Positions 1-13,452 of a DNA stretch of 64,000 nt are shown here, one piece after another. The stretch's first letter is position 1. Every line of letters starts with the position of its first letter. The notes under the pieces were generated by a model, which did not search any database, was not told the origin of the DNA, and saw nothing but the letters and a program-made list of their open reading frames with translations. A program made the translations under genes and the position numbers. This stretch comes from Antedon mediterranea (lineage: Eukaryota; Animalia; Echinodermata). The DNA lies in NCBI RefSeq assembly GCF_964355755.1, contig NC_092678.1:13018352-13082351 (forward strand). The letters are read 5' to 3'.

Positions 1-186
1 TGGTCATGCGTTAAGGCACCGCAACCATACCCATAAGATGGGCACAGGTTCAAGCCTCTTTTTTGAACATTAGTTCTGGTGGTAGGAAACGGGAGGTTCA
101 GTTTACGTATACGGCTCGTGAGCACGTTATTTAGGTGTCCAGTTCAGCTTTTTTCCGCGTTTGGCTGTCCAATACACACACACACA
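1..186 (+). mobile_element. Probable tRNA-derived SINE fragment, truncated by the window start
   Basis: A-box-like TGGTCATGCGTTAAGG at 1 and B-box-like GGTTCAAGCC at ~47. GTTCTGGTGGTAGGAAACG resembles GTTCTGGTGATAGAACG in the SINE at 34210. Ends in a (CA)n tract. Confidence 0.4.
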
Positions 187-310
187 AAAGGAAAAATAAA
201 TTTAGTTGTATTTTTAATTTCACCTATTTCGCGTAGTTAGTTACGATGCAAGATACAGAACATTCTCCAAACATTTATATTGTTTGATAGTAAATTGTTT
301 TCGTGTTTAG

Positions 311-3300
311 ATGGAAATGCATGCATATTTTCCTTTGGTGTTGGTACTGATCTCCAGCTGGTTAGTGAATGATGCCAGTGCTGTGTCAGCCTTCCTTACC
401 ATGAAACGGAATTCTGTTAACGAAATAGATAAAACTCCAGAAGTAAGTAACGTTGTATACATCATTAGCATTGTTACTTTGTTGATTTGATCAATGTTAA
501 AACTAATATTAAACTGTACTACTTACTCGGTCTAATTTATTTATGTCAAATTCATTTATAATCAAACCTTTGTCGTAGATAAAAACATACTAGATAATAT
601 GTATTGACAGAGCAGATAAGTTAAGTGAGAGACGTCGTAATCCATTACTGCTCGAATGACATGGGTTCACAAAACCAAATAATCGTCTCTGGCTAGTAGT
701 CCAGTCAATCTAGCAAATATAAGGGGGTGACCCACCACTAATTGCAAAAGAATTTATTTCACTGCAGTGCATTTCAGCATGGCTCCCTAATCAACATACT
801 AAAAGTCCCCAAAAATCTAAGCATGGGAAATTTGCTAATTTGCATAATATGCAAATTAGCTTCCGCCATTAGAAAAAAATCAAAATATTGCCATAACTTT
901 GGATTGGACTGTCCAATTGAAACAAATTAAGTGTTCAAAGGTATGTTGTCATGGTCAGTGAACAAGATAAACATACTTTTAAATTAATTATTTGATTCTA
1001 ATTTGCATAATATGCAAATTAGTTATTGAAATTGTGTAAAACAGATCAGAATTATGCTAAAACTTTAGTTTGGATGGTCTGATTTAAACAATTAAATGTT
1101 CAGAAGTATTAATGACCAATTACCATGATAGCCATATTTTTATTTCAATTCAGTATAATGCATATAATTTACATAATATGCAAATTAGCTCATAAATAGA
1201 AGTACCTTTATTCTGGGTACAAACATTAGACTGGAAGCACCTAACTAAATAAGCAAGTACCGGTAAGGTTTTGGCAGAAAATATAAATGAACTAGAAGTC
1301 ATATATCAGAAAGTCAGCAAAAGTATTCATAATATATAAACAAGACAGTCATACCCTTAATCAAATTACAGTTTATGAATATTTACAAAATATGCAAATT
1401 ACCAATAGACTGGATACACAAATATACAACAAACAAGTGGGGTTTTCCTGAATACATGAACCATATAAAAAAGTCATCACATCTATGTGTGAATATTGTA
1501 CATCATGAATTTCAGGTTTTACCATACACTGCATCCAGATTGTTAGGAATCAGTTATATAAATCATTTTGGAACATTTCATAGAATGGGACTCATTGCCA
1601 CTTTTACACCAGAAAAATGTCTACATAAACCTGTACCTAGAATGTCAGTTACAACATCATCAAAGTAGGCAGGATTAACATCAAAACTTTCAAATCCCAG
1701 CACACAGGACTTCAATCAATGGAAGTGTATGATTCAACGTATCATGTTGATCTTCTGTGGGACGTTTGCTCTTCGCCCCAAAATGCCTGGGTGGTCAGGT
1801 CTAATGCAGGCCGTAAATCATGGTAATTATCCTGGAAAATCATCGATGCGATTCCTGCTCATGATAGATTTAAATCCATCTGACATGTCATGTATCTTCT
1901 CCACACTCTCGTATGTTTGTGAACAAGCTAAGTCATACAATGTCACACTGGTTATTACATTTGATCAACCACTTTGGTGGAAAGCCATGATGATCATCGA
2001 ATCAGAGCCAGATTGCAGTTATCTGAAGTCCATTGTTCTGAGACTAGGGGGCTTACATATGGAAATGAGCTTCTTGGGCTACATTGGTTATATTATGGCA
2101 GGAAGTGGTCTACAAGTGATCCTTGAAGTAGCATATGCAGAAAATGCCGTCAAGCATGCTGAGTGGAAAAGCAATCTCCAGAGCAGTCCGAGGACATCTC
2201 TTGGTTGATGCTGCCTTACATACCATATTACTAGCTAATGCATATAATCTTCCTATATCCCCTTTTCAACCTGATCAACTACAACACAATCGAGACACGG
2301 AAACAACCTGTGAGAACGATCAAACAACAGAACATTCAGAAGAAGTGGAAATAGAAGTTGATGCTGACATTATTCCAAACACACGGCCAGATCAAGATTT
2401 GCTCGAAGCCAGTAAGATTTTGGATAATCTAATAAATGATCCCGACGCTCATATTGACCTTTCCTCTTCAGATGTCCTTACAAGAATTACTCATAGATTG
2501 AAAGACGAGCGGAACTTACTTAGTGATAAAAGGACTGCCCAACTCTGGTTGCAATATTTGGACATGGTTGCTGTTTTAAAAAAATTCATAAAAGCTGAAC
2601 GTGGGAATTGGACTTTACATCTTTCAGCAGTAAAGGATATGTTACCTTTTTTTGCTGCGGCTGGGCATAACCTGTACACAAAATCTGCGTATCTGTACTT
2701 GCAAAAAATGTACCAACTCGAAAAGACTCACCCCAATGTCTGCACCAACTTCATAAATGGTTTTCATGTGATTAGAAGAAGTGATCGGTACTGGGCAGGA
2801 CTATCTACCGATCTTATTATTGAGCAAGTCCTAATGAGAAGTGTCAAAACAAGTGGTGGGTTAACGAGAGGTAGAAGCATGACAGAAGTTCATCGGTTGA
2901 CCTGGGTACTGGGAATGCCTTCTTGTGCCGAGGTAAACTTTGCAATGCAAGAGCTCACCAGTGTTAACTACAACACTAGGGAGCAACACAAAGACACATC
3001 ACAATCTCGTCAAAAAAAAGACACAGAAGATACTTATAAACTAATCGAAGCATTCAAGGAGTGGGATCCATTTGGTAGTGAGTCATCACTGCGTAGCATA
3101 GTAAGTGGTGTTGCTGCTACTGACAATGTAAATGTTGACCAGGCAAGGTCTGTGGGCCAGCGTATACTTGAATCGATGGTTGGAAAGAACATTGATGAGT
3201 TCTCTTTCCAAAGAAAAAAACAAGCAGTCACACTTGGATCCAAAACAGCTGTTGTCATTTGCGGAGATCCAGTCCCAGTTGATCCACAATTACTCTTTCA

Positions 3301-6300
3301 GCGATTAAGTGTTATCGCAACACGTGAAGAGGTGGGAGATCCCGCAAATTTATTTAAATATGAATTTTGCAGTCATCCAACTGCATTATTCGATAATGTT
3401 GGGCTTCCAAGGGAGGCAAATAAGGCGACACTAGCCGATGCCCTTTGGGAGATTGTAAAGCAGAATCAGACAGACCCCCCCCCCCTAATGATCCACATTA
3501 TGTGCTTGATTGTGGTGCCCTCTTGCAACGTTTATCATGGTCAAGAGGTCAAACATTTGACACTATTTGTCATAAATATGTATCATATGTGACAAGTCGG
3601 TATGGAATTCCAACTATTGTATTTGATGGTTATGAAGATGGACCTGCAATCAAAGATGCTACACACTGCAGACATACAGGCAGTTCCAATGGACCAAATT
3701 TTTTGTTTACAGGAGAGACTTTGCTAATTAAGAAGAAAAATGAATTTCTGACCAACAAAGTAAACAAGCAACGATTTCTTCATTTGCTGAGTTTACATCT
3801 TGAAAAGGCAGGTTATACAACAATTCATGCCAAAGGAGATGCAGATATCCTAATTGTCAAGACAGCAGTTGAGTCAGCAAGGGAGTTCTTGTTGGTGACG
3901 ATCTGATTTGCTAATCCTGCTTTGCTATTATGGAGATACAATTGAGAAGGACCTCTTTTTTATACCAGAAATAAAGACCAACACCAAAAAGCACAAGGTA
4001 TGGAACATACAGAAAACAGTGATGATCTTGGGGAATAAATTATGTTCCAGACTTTTCTTTGTGCATGCTTTACTTGGATGCGACACAACGTCGAGAGTAT
4101 TTGGTATAGATCGGAAATGTAGCACTGAAGCAAGTCCAGAACAGTGTTGATTTCCAGCAATTTTCTGACCTGGTTACTAAAGAGGGTGCGACAAAGAAAG
4201 ATATAATTGCAGCAGGAGAGGACTCTCTGATTCATCTCTATAAGGGCAAGTATGGTGAAAGTATATACGTTCTACGGTACAAGCGATTCTGTGAGAAGGT
4301 GGCAAAGAGTAGCACATGTGTTGAACCACAGACATTGCCTCCAACATCTGCAGCTACACAATACCATAGTCTGCGAGTATATTTTCAGATACAAAGAAAG
4401 AAACTGCTGCACAAATGAAAGCAGAAGAATGGAGATGGAAGGTAACTAATGGACAACTGCTGCACACACATCTCCCGGCTGCACCTGAAAAGTTGATCAA
4501 GATAAATCAGATGTAACTGCAAAACTGGTTGCAGTACTTGCAGATGCACTTGTAAACTATATTCAATTAGTTGTACATGGATATGTGGGGTGTGCAAAGG
4601 TTCCAGTTGCACAAACTCTTCTTCAGTAGATATAGATGATCTCAGTGATAATGATTGATATGCTTTACAACATTTGAAATTCCAGAATCATAAAGTTTTT
4701 TATTTTTCCCGATTATTTTTAAACAGGTAAAATCAAGAACAATATTACACTTTAGATGATCCGAGTTTGCCTAAATTATATGCAAATTTGATTTAAATTT
4801 TAAAATCAATGTGGTTCTTTAGACATTGTTTTATTGAATCCAAATTCAAGATCCTTGTTGCGTGATTACTGTATGAAGGAGCTAATTACAAATTATACAT
4901 AATCCTATTAATGTTATTAATATGCATATTTTCATTTCGAAAATTCACTATTAAAACAAAAATACGACATTTGCAATGTTAATTTTGAATAATATGCAAA
5001 TTTATTCTAATTTATTCCTAACGCGTGTTTAATCTTTCTATTGACCATGAAAATGTGAGTTTTACTGCTTAGTTATATTGAATTGCAGCATTTTATGCAC
5101 ATTTATAAAGAAAATAGATTAATTCATCATGAAAAAATGCTAATTTGCATATTATGTAAATTAGACAAATTTCCCATGTTGGGATTTTGGGGGACTTTTA
5201 GTATAGTGTTTAGGGGACCATACTAAAATGTATTGTAGTAAAAAAAATTCTTTTGCAATTAGTGGTGGGTGAAGGTACTATTTTGACTGGACTATAGGAC
5301 TATATAAATTTGGTTCAGTGTACATAATTGGCTGCCATTTTGCATTTAAAACAAACGAGTACATTTTTCGAGACGACTGGATTCACACATTGGATGTGTT
5401 TTTGCTACCGTTTGAACCTATTTTTTAAAGGTTTTTTAAACATGCTGATATCTTCAGGATGTTTTGTACTAGACGGCAGTCTTTTTGATGGACCTTAATG
5501 TATACTATAATATTGGTGTTATCTAATTATTCATTAATGATGTTTTAAAGCTCAGGTACAGGCATGAATTTTAAATATAATATCTGGTTAATTGTACACA
5601 AAACAAATATTTGAAACAGAAATGAATTTTCCTTAATATGGTCAAATACAAAAAATTTTGCCATAAAAACCAGGAAGACTTTTTTCAGTAGTTAGGTAGT
5701 TTAACCTAATGTAATAACATTTCTGGTGACTCCCTAGAAGGTAAAAAAAAGACGGTATATATACGGTGGATAATTTTTGCTATAGCATGAAAAAAAAAAC
5801 CTGAAGTTGAATAAAAATATCAGAAATGTAAAATTCAAGTTATATTACCTATATTTAGTCATCTGATAACATTTTTTTACCACACCGTTTATTATAAAAT
5901 GCCTCTCTATTTACAAAATTTGTGTACAAAAAAAATAAAGATTTCACTGTGTAATTTGAACTATCCCCCCACTGATAAGAAAGTGCTTATTTTCAACAAG
6001 CTCGTGTAACACAAATAAAATCCCAATAATTATGAAACATAGGGGAAACTATAGATCAATAATTATTTGAATGTATGATCAATAGAAATTTTTTGCCCGC
6101 ACCTGGCCTTTAAGAATTTAAAGAGCTTGCAGTAATAATTAATTAATTGAAACAAATTATATTACAGAGAGTGGAAAGAGATGTAGGCACTGCAGCACAC
6201 GTAAGTTATAAATTGTGTATGATTACATCTGAAATTGTTGTGAACTTTTATATTTCTATATTCTCTTTTATCATTAATTATAGTTTCCATTAAATGTAAC

Positions 6301-9300
6301 TTAATTATTTACAATTGATATTCCATATCAGCACGCTAGACAAAAGTTTCCATGAGAAATTCTGCTGATTGTAAATGTAGAAATCGGATCATAAAGAAAT
6401 TAATATATGAGTAAACGAATCGTCAATTATCTTTGCTGTTGTTTTTCTATAATTTTACTTAAATTTGAAAATATTTAGTTTTAGTAGTTTATTATTTAGT
6501 ATTATTTTATTCATAAAAGACAATTGGAAAAGGAGTCATTCATTAGGATTTATGATTTTTTTATTCTAAATTTTAAAACGGCGGTTGGTTCACGAATTAT
6601 TTCGGAAAGAAGATCGTTCTAACACCAAAAGGGTTATTGGTAGAGTTCAATTTTTTTTCAAGATAACAGTAGTTCATTTCTGATCTGTCTGAGACCTAAG
6701 ACCCCTCTTACCGCAATTATAAACCTTTAAGCAAGTCTTTATATTATCTACTATGAAAGTAAAACACTTCTTTAAGTTCTTTCAAAGCTAAGTTAGTCAT
6801 GTTGTATCCCTTTCACAGACGTGTATCGTATTTCCTCTTTAACCTGTGTTTACACAAAGAATATGTGTAATACCGTACTCTATAATGTAACTCTTTTACA
6901 GATCAAACCAGAAATCACTAAATTAAATATAAAAAGTTCCGTGACGTCCAGATTTTCTAGCACCACAGTCACCAGTGTTTTGATGAATCATGCCGACAAC
7001 GCAGCGGAAGCTGTTTTCATTTTCACTCTACCAGAGGAAGCGTTCATTGCAAACTTTTCAATGTATGTTACTTATAATACGAATAAAATAATAGCTCTTC
7101 AAGATGTAGCATAATTTAGGCCTAGTTTAATTCTTAAACCTATAACATGGTTGCCATCACTGTACTTCAATACAACATTCGGTAAGACACAGTAATGCAA
7201 TATACATTTCATGCACATTTAAGTACCTATTATTTTGTCTTTTTATTATTAGTTTTACAGGCACGAAATTAGAGAAATGTAGTTGGAATTTATACAACCT
7301 CGCATCTCTTTCTTATGATACTGTTAAGCATTATTACTGTTATTATTATTAACACATATGTAATCTAATTTTAAATAACTTTAAACATTTAAGAATTCTT
7401 AGTGTTATAATTCAATATTTTAAATATTAGTAATAATAGCAGTGTTATTATTCATTTACAACCACGACACTCCTTTCACACAAGTCCCGTTTATCAATAT
7501 ACCATTTCTAATAATATAGTGCCTATCTTTATGTGTCAATGAAACAATAAAGTAGCTAATTAGAATTAGAAACTAACTAGTTTCTTAACAATAATTTTTT
7601 CCAATACATTATTCGTACTTTGTAATAAATGATTCAGATGAAATAAAGTATGATTATAGGCCTATCATTATTATTCACATACTTTAGGGAAATAGACGAC
7701 GTTACATATCCAGCAGAAATAAAAGAGAAAGAAGTAGCTACAAGAATGTATCAAGAAGCCAGGAGTAGAGGTCAAAGTGTAGCTCAAGTAAAGCAAAAGT
7801 AAGCAAAGTCTAAATCAATGGCGAAAAAACTAAAACCTATCTACATTTACAATTGATATATTTTTTATTTGAATTGTTTCTAAATAGTATAATATATATC
7901 TACAGTATGAGAGTATTATTTTATTGTAGATCGGAAAAGAATTTCACCGTATCCGTAAATGTAGCCAAGAAAAGCTATGTAACGTTTGAACTTATCTACC
8001 AAGAGATGCTGAGACGTAAGCGTGGTTATTTTGAGCATCGAACAAGTGTTCACCCGGGCCAGGTTAGGATAATTCTTTTTTCTTATAATTAAATGTTGCA
8101 TTTAATTCATCTCATTACATGATATTTATTCATGAAAATGGAGATTATATAAAACAGTTATGAAGATCCTATAGTTTTATTACAAATATACTGTAGATCT
8201 ATTAACAAAAATTGAAACAATTCAATTATTGAAATAGTTCAATTATTTTTCACTACAGGTCTCTCTCTAATTATAGCCACTTTTGGACTCAGCTTTTTAA
8301 TTTAGTGGTCTTTTGTAATGTCGATTCCCTTCAACTAAACACCGGCGATAAAAGTGTTCTTTAAGTTATCCTACATAAATGTTTACTTTTTCATATTCAT
8401 AACTTTCATATCACCATAATGAACCGTTATAGGGAGAACCCATACAAAAGACAAAACAAAACCAAAAACATAATATTCTATAATAATATCTTGAAACTTT
8501 AAAGATAAAACAAATCATGCTATTTGAAAATAATCGTGGCTTAGGTCAATTTTAAATTTTGATCAGAGGTGCTCAATCTCAATCTTTATCAAGGTAGAAC
8601 TTAGCCTATGTAAAGGGCTTCAGAGTCCACTGCATTATTGAGCATTTCAATTATGAAGATAATCTGGAAAACATTGTTTGCAAACTGTTACATTAGATTG
8701 TAAAGGAAATGAACATACAAATGGTGATTATTGAGGTACAAGGCTTGTTAGAAGTTAATTCTAGTTGGGTCGAACGTCGCAATAATGGAGACGAAGTAAC
8801 AAAACACGATGTTGGCGAAATACAGCTTCAAGACAGAAATACCAAAGCTGTATTAAGATATGCACCGACCATGGAAGAACAACGTCAGCAATCGAGAGGT
8901 GGAATTCACGGAGACTTTGTCATTCGGTACGACGTTGAACACCCAAAAAATGGAGGTGAACTACAGGTAAAGATACATTTTAATTACGTATGGTTAAAGG
9001 AAAAACTTATTGCATTACAAAGTTTTGAAAAATAGTAATTCGCACCTAAATAATTATTTTCACAGTTGAAATTATTTAAAGCATTCAGATATATTTCTAA
9101 AATAAAATATTATAGTACAAATTCAAATTTACTCTATGAATTTCTTTCATTGCATTTATTATCAATTATAGTAACTGCACAGAACCAATTTATCAACCGA
9201 ATACATTTTTATTTATTTATTTGACCAATACACAGATACAGAACAGAAACAAAGCACAAAGATGAGAGGCAACTAAAGCAAAACAATTACTATAACTCAA

Positions 9301-12300
9301 ATTATTATTATTTTAATAATATATTAAAGAGAATCACATGTCATTTTTCCCAAATTTATTTCTTTCAGATTGTGAATGGTTATTTTGTTCATTACTTTTC
9401 TCCTGAAGGCTTACCAGCGGTTCGTAAGAATGTTGTGTTTGTTATTGATGTCAGTGGTTCTATGTCTGGACGGAAGCTTCAACAAACCAAGCAAGCTATG
9501 TACACGATATTGGATGACTTAAGAGAAATTGACTTCTTCAGTATTGTAACATTTAGCTGTAATATAAGAAAATGGAAAGATCATCTGAAACAAGCAAGCC
9601 CTGACAATATTAGAAGTGGAAAGAACTATATAGAGTCGTTACATGCCAAAGGAAGTGAGAATAATGAACTATATATTAATGTAATGATGACGTTTAAAAC
9701 ACATTCATTTGATTCATTTATTTTACTTTGCTTTACTAATAAAATAAAATATAGTTGAGTGTAATTAATAGGCCCCTAAAAACATAAAAAGAAAAATATT
9801 ATAACAGTATAAAATTTGAAAACAATTGAGAAGACTCTCATAATAGTAATAAAGAGGTTTTGTCTTTACTAATAATATTTAACACATTTTGAAAATAAAA
9901 CAATTATTGATATATTAAAAACAATAACAAAGATTATCTATAAATATGTATATAAAAACAAATTACAAAGAACCTTCAACAATAAAATTTTAGGTTTACG
10001 TTTAATAAGAAGCAGTTATATGTAGTGAACTTTGTGTTGATGAATAGAAGATAATAGTAATAAACACGTAATAATACTATGTACTAGAAAAAGTTATTTA
10101 TATACTGTTAACAAACAATGATCATTTCAATTGTTGAAAGATTATTTTTGTATCTCAATCAATGTTGTAAGTTAGATAGAGTGCTGAACACTTGTTAAGG
10201 AAATGATACAGTAAGCATAACTTTATTTGTTTTACTATTAGTATTTTTTTAGTATCACTAATAGTAATTGTGTTTCTTTTTTTCAGGAACAAATTTGAAT
10301 GGTGGTCTTATGGAAGGCATCAGATTACTACGTATTAGTGACAATAGTGGCGTATCTATGGTTGTCATGCTTACCGATGGCTTACCTACAAATGGAGTGA
10401 CTTCATTTACAAGAATACAAACCAATATAAAACAAGCAATAAAAGGCAAATATTCTCTATTTAACATTGGATTTGGAGATGATGTTGACTATTCATTTAT
10501 TGAAAAGTTAGCGCTTCGAAACGACGGTCTGGCAAGGAAGATTTACGACGACTCATTTGCAAGCATTCAGTTGAAAGGATTCTTTGACGAAGTTTCAACT
10601 CCACTTCTCCATAACATTGTGTTTAACTACCCAGAAGATTTGATAGAACTTAACAGCGTAACGCAGACAACGTTTCCTAATTACTTTCAAGGAACTGAGA
10701 TTGTTGTAAGTGGAAAATTGAAAGCATCAAACAGCAACGACATTCTTGATGTAACGATTGCAGCAAACTCTTTAGAATTTCCACTTACAATTCACACAGA
10801 GGTGCGTTAGTATTATTTATCATTTATTTGTTATTATTGTTGTATTTACAAACAATTCACCGGTTTCTATTGGAACTTTGAAACTGGTTTTTGTATTTTG
10901 TTTTATAACAAAGGTCGCGTTACAAGTCATTTCTACACAAATTAAAACTGGTTTGTTGTTTGTGGTTGTTTAATGGCATTATCATTATTACATGAGATAA
11001 GGTCAAGTTTAGACTACGATTACATTGCAGCAAAAGTGTTTTTAATTTAATTGAAATTAATTTAAACGTATTTAATTTGACAAGAACATAACTTTGGGCC
11101 ATTGGATTTAACAATACATTCTGTTGGCATGTACCTTAAATAATTGTTCATATCCTATCATAGGAAAACAGAGTTTCACATGTATCACTTTGTAACAGAC
11201 CCTCAACTCTTGGCCTAACCTTACATAATATAGAAACCCCAAGTGAGATACAAAAGATGTTGTACCCGGAATTTTTCTATGATACTGGACAAATATAGTG
11301 AAATGTTGAGATACAGCACTGAGAATCGGGTGATTAAAAGGCAATACAATATTACGAAAACAAAAAGAAACGTACCATAGTTAGGTTATGTCGTACATTG
11401 ATCAACTCATGTGCACGTGTAATTCTCAAATCGTATAATAATCTCGTAACATACGAGGTGAAATGAAATGTATGACACAGACACAACGAATAGAATATAC
11501 TAAACAAATAAACTCTATTCTAATTCTTATCGATTGTGTCGTCAACAGAACTTGTGTATCAATATGCACCGGGCATCGTCTCTGTTTTTGGCGTATTTCT
11601 CATTGTTTTACATGACATGAACAATCCTTTCTTTACCGATTGTCTAGTATTGATAGGCTAATCCAGACATAAAATATGGATGCCGCGTACAACGCGACGA
11701 TTTGCTAGGTCTTAATCTCAATAGAAATTAAAGAGTATAATAAATGTTTTTGTATTACTATTATGACATTTTTTGAAAGATAATATAAATGCTACATAAC
11801 ATAGCTGATTTATGTTTTATTTCAGCCAAACGAAGAGCTTCTCGGTGAGGATACGGTTGATGATTTTGCTCAAAGGCTGTGGGCCTACCTGTCGATCAAA
11901 GAACTTCTGCAAAAACGAAATATAAGCGACAATCAATCAGAAAGAGATGATCTGAAAGAAAAAGCTTTGAAACTGTCATTAGAGTATCATTTTGTTACTC
12001 CATTAACATCGCTTATTGTTGTAAAGCCAGAAAATGGGAATTCATCTAAAATAACAAAACAACCTCAACAACCAATACGTGAGATATGATTTTCGGTTTT
12101 ACTTTTTGAAAATCTAAAAATTCTTGATATTACTGTTTACTGTCATACAATCATACATGTTTGCTGTGCTTACTTTCCTACTGGGCCTAAATATATATTA
12201 CATACAATTAAAAAATATCACCGGTTTAATACTCATTTGGTAAAACATTAATATAATATAATTTGTGAGTCACTTTTGCCATAAAAAACTTATTGTAATA

Positions 12301-13386
12301 CAATAATGCTTAGCTTTTGCATATCAATATAGACCAAGACATTGCTGCAAATCCTTTGTCATATCCAATCTTATATTGATGCGTCGAAAGCTTCATGATT
12401 TCATGTTTTGTGACAATATCCTGGGTTGTATTGACTAATTTCTTTCAGGTTAACAGCAAAATCCAATATCCGTGTGCGTGAATGTTTGACTATTCCGGGT
12501 CTCCTCCTCATAACTATGCTATTAAAATGTCTTTCTGTGTTACCTCCTTTCACAGTTATACAGACAGTATATCGATGAAACAACAACATTTCGTTCACTA
12601 CGCTAAAGTTTTACTTTCTGGACAGGCACTTTTGTATACAAAAGGATAAACGTACCCAAATCCATAAAAAAACTACTAATAATAATGTTTAACGGTAGTA
12701 GTCCTATAATTAAAATGTAATTCTTTCTACTTTAGAGCGTAAAGCGATAGGACGAAAGGTAGAGGTTGATTCTCATCCTACAAACAGTAAGAGTAAAGGT
12801 AATTTAATTAGGAGGGATACTCCGTTTCTGAAAATGCATTTAAATGGTTACACTATTATAAGTATTGTGCTATTTACACGCTAATTATAATATTACCACA
12901 AATTGGATTAAAAAACGACTTTCCGGAACAACTTTAATTGAAAGAAAACAATATTCAATTTGTCTGTCAGAAAATAGGTTTCGTTTTACCCGTTTGTTTT
13001 GTGTTTTTATAAGTAAAAATATAAACAAGTTAGTCTGATTTTATTATTCTTAATTTGTTCATGTTTTGTCGGTAACTGTATGTAGAAGTGAAAGCAGAAC
13101 TGTTAAAAACGTTTATAGATCTACAGTACTCTGAGAGCTATATTATAACAAATTACTTGCTTTGAAAATAAAATTAAAGATTTCATGTGTTTTTTTCAAA
13201 AAATCGTGGCCTATCTATGTACATTAATACAGTCTTGTGAGTATGTACGTTTATGTCATCTTGACTGCATTTCAGTTTATTACGTAGTCCTAAGCAAATT
13301 TCACTTTTTTGTCCTCAAATAGTCAAAACTGTTGATTAAAAAGTGTCAACATATTTAAGAACACTATAATAAAACACTTTACTCTG

Positions 13387-13452
<66 letters not shown>

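Noticed and set aside
742-930. 62-aa ORF
   Set aside because: It lies in the Academ TIR, has a non-ATG start and shows no protein features.
10860-11710. Possible Helitron-like insert ending CGCG-TACAA-CGCG..GCTAG
   Set aside because: Only a short hairpin and CTAG are visible. There is no second copy or definable 5' end.
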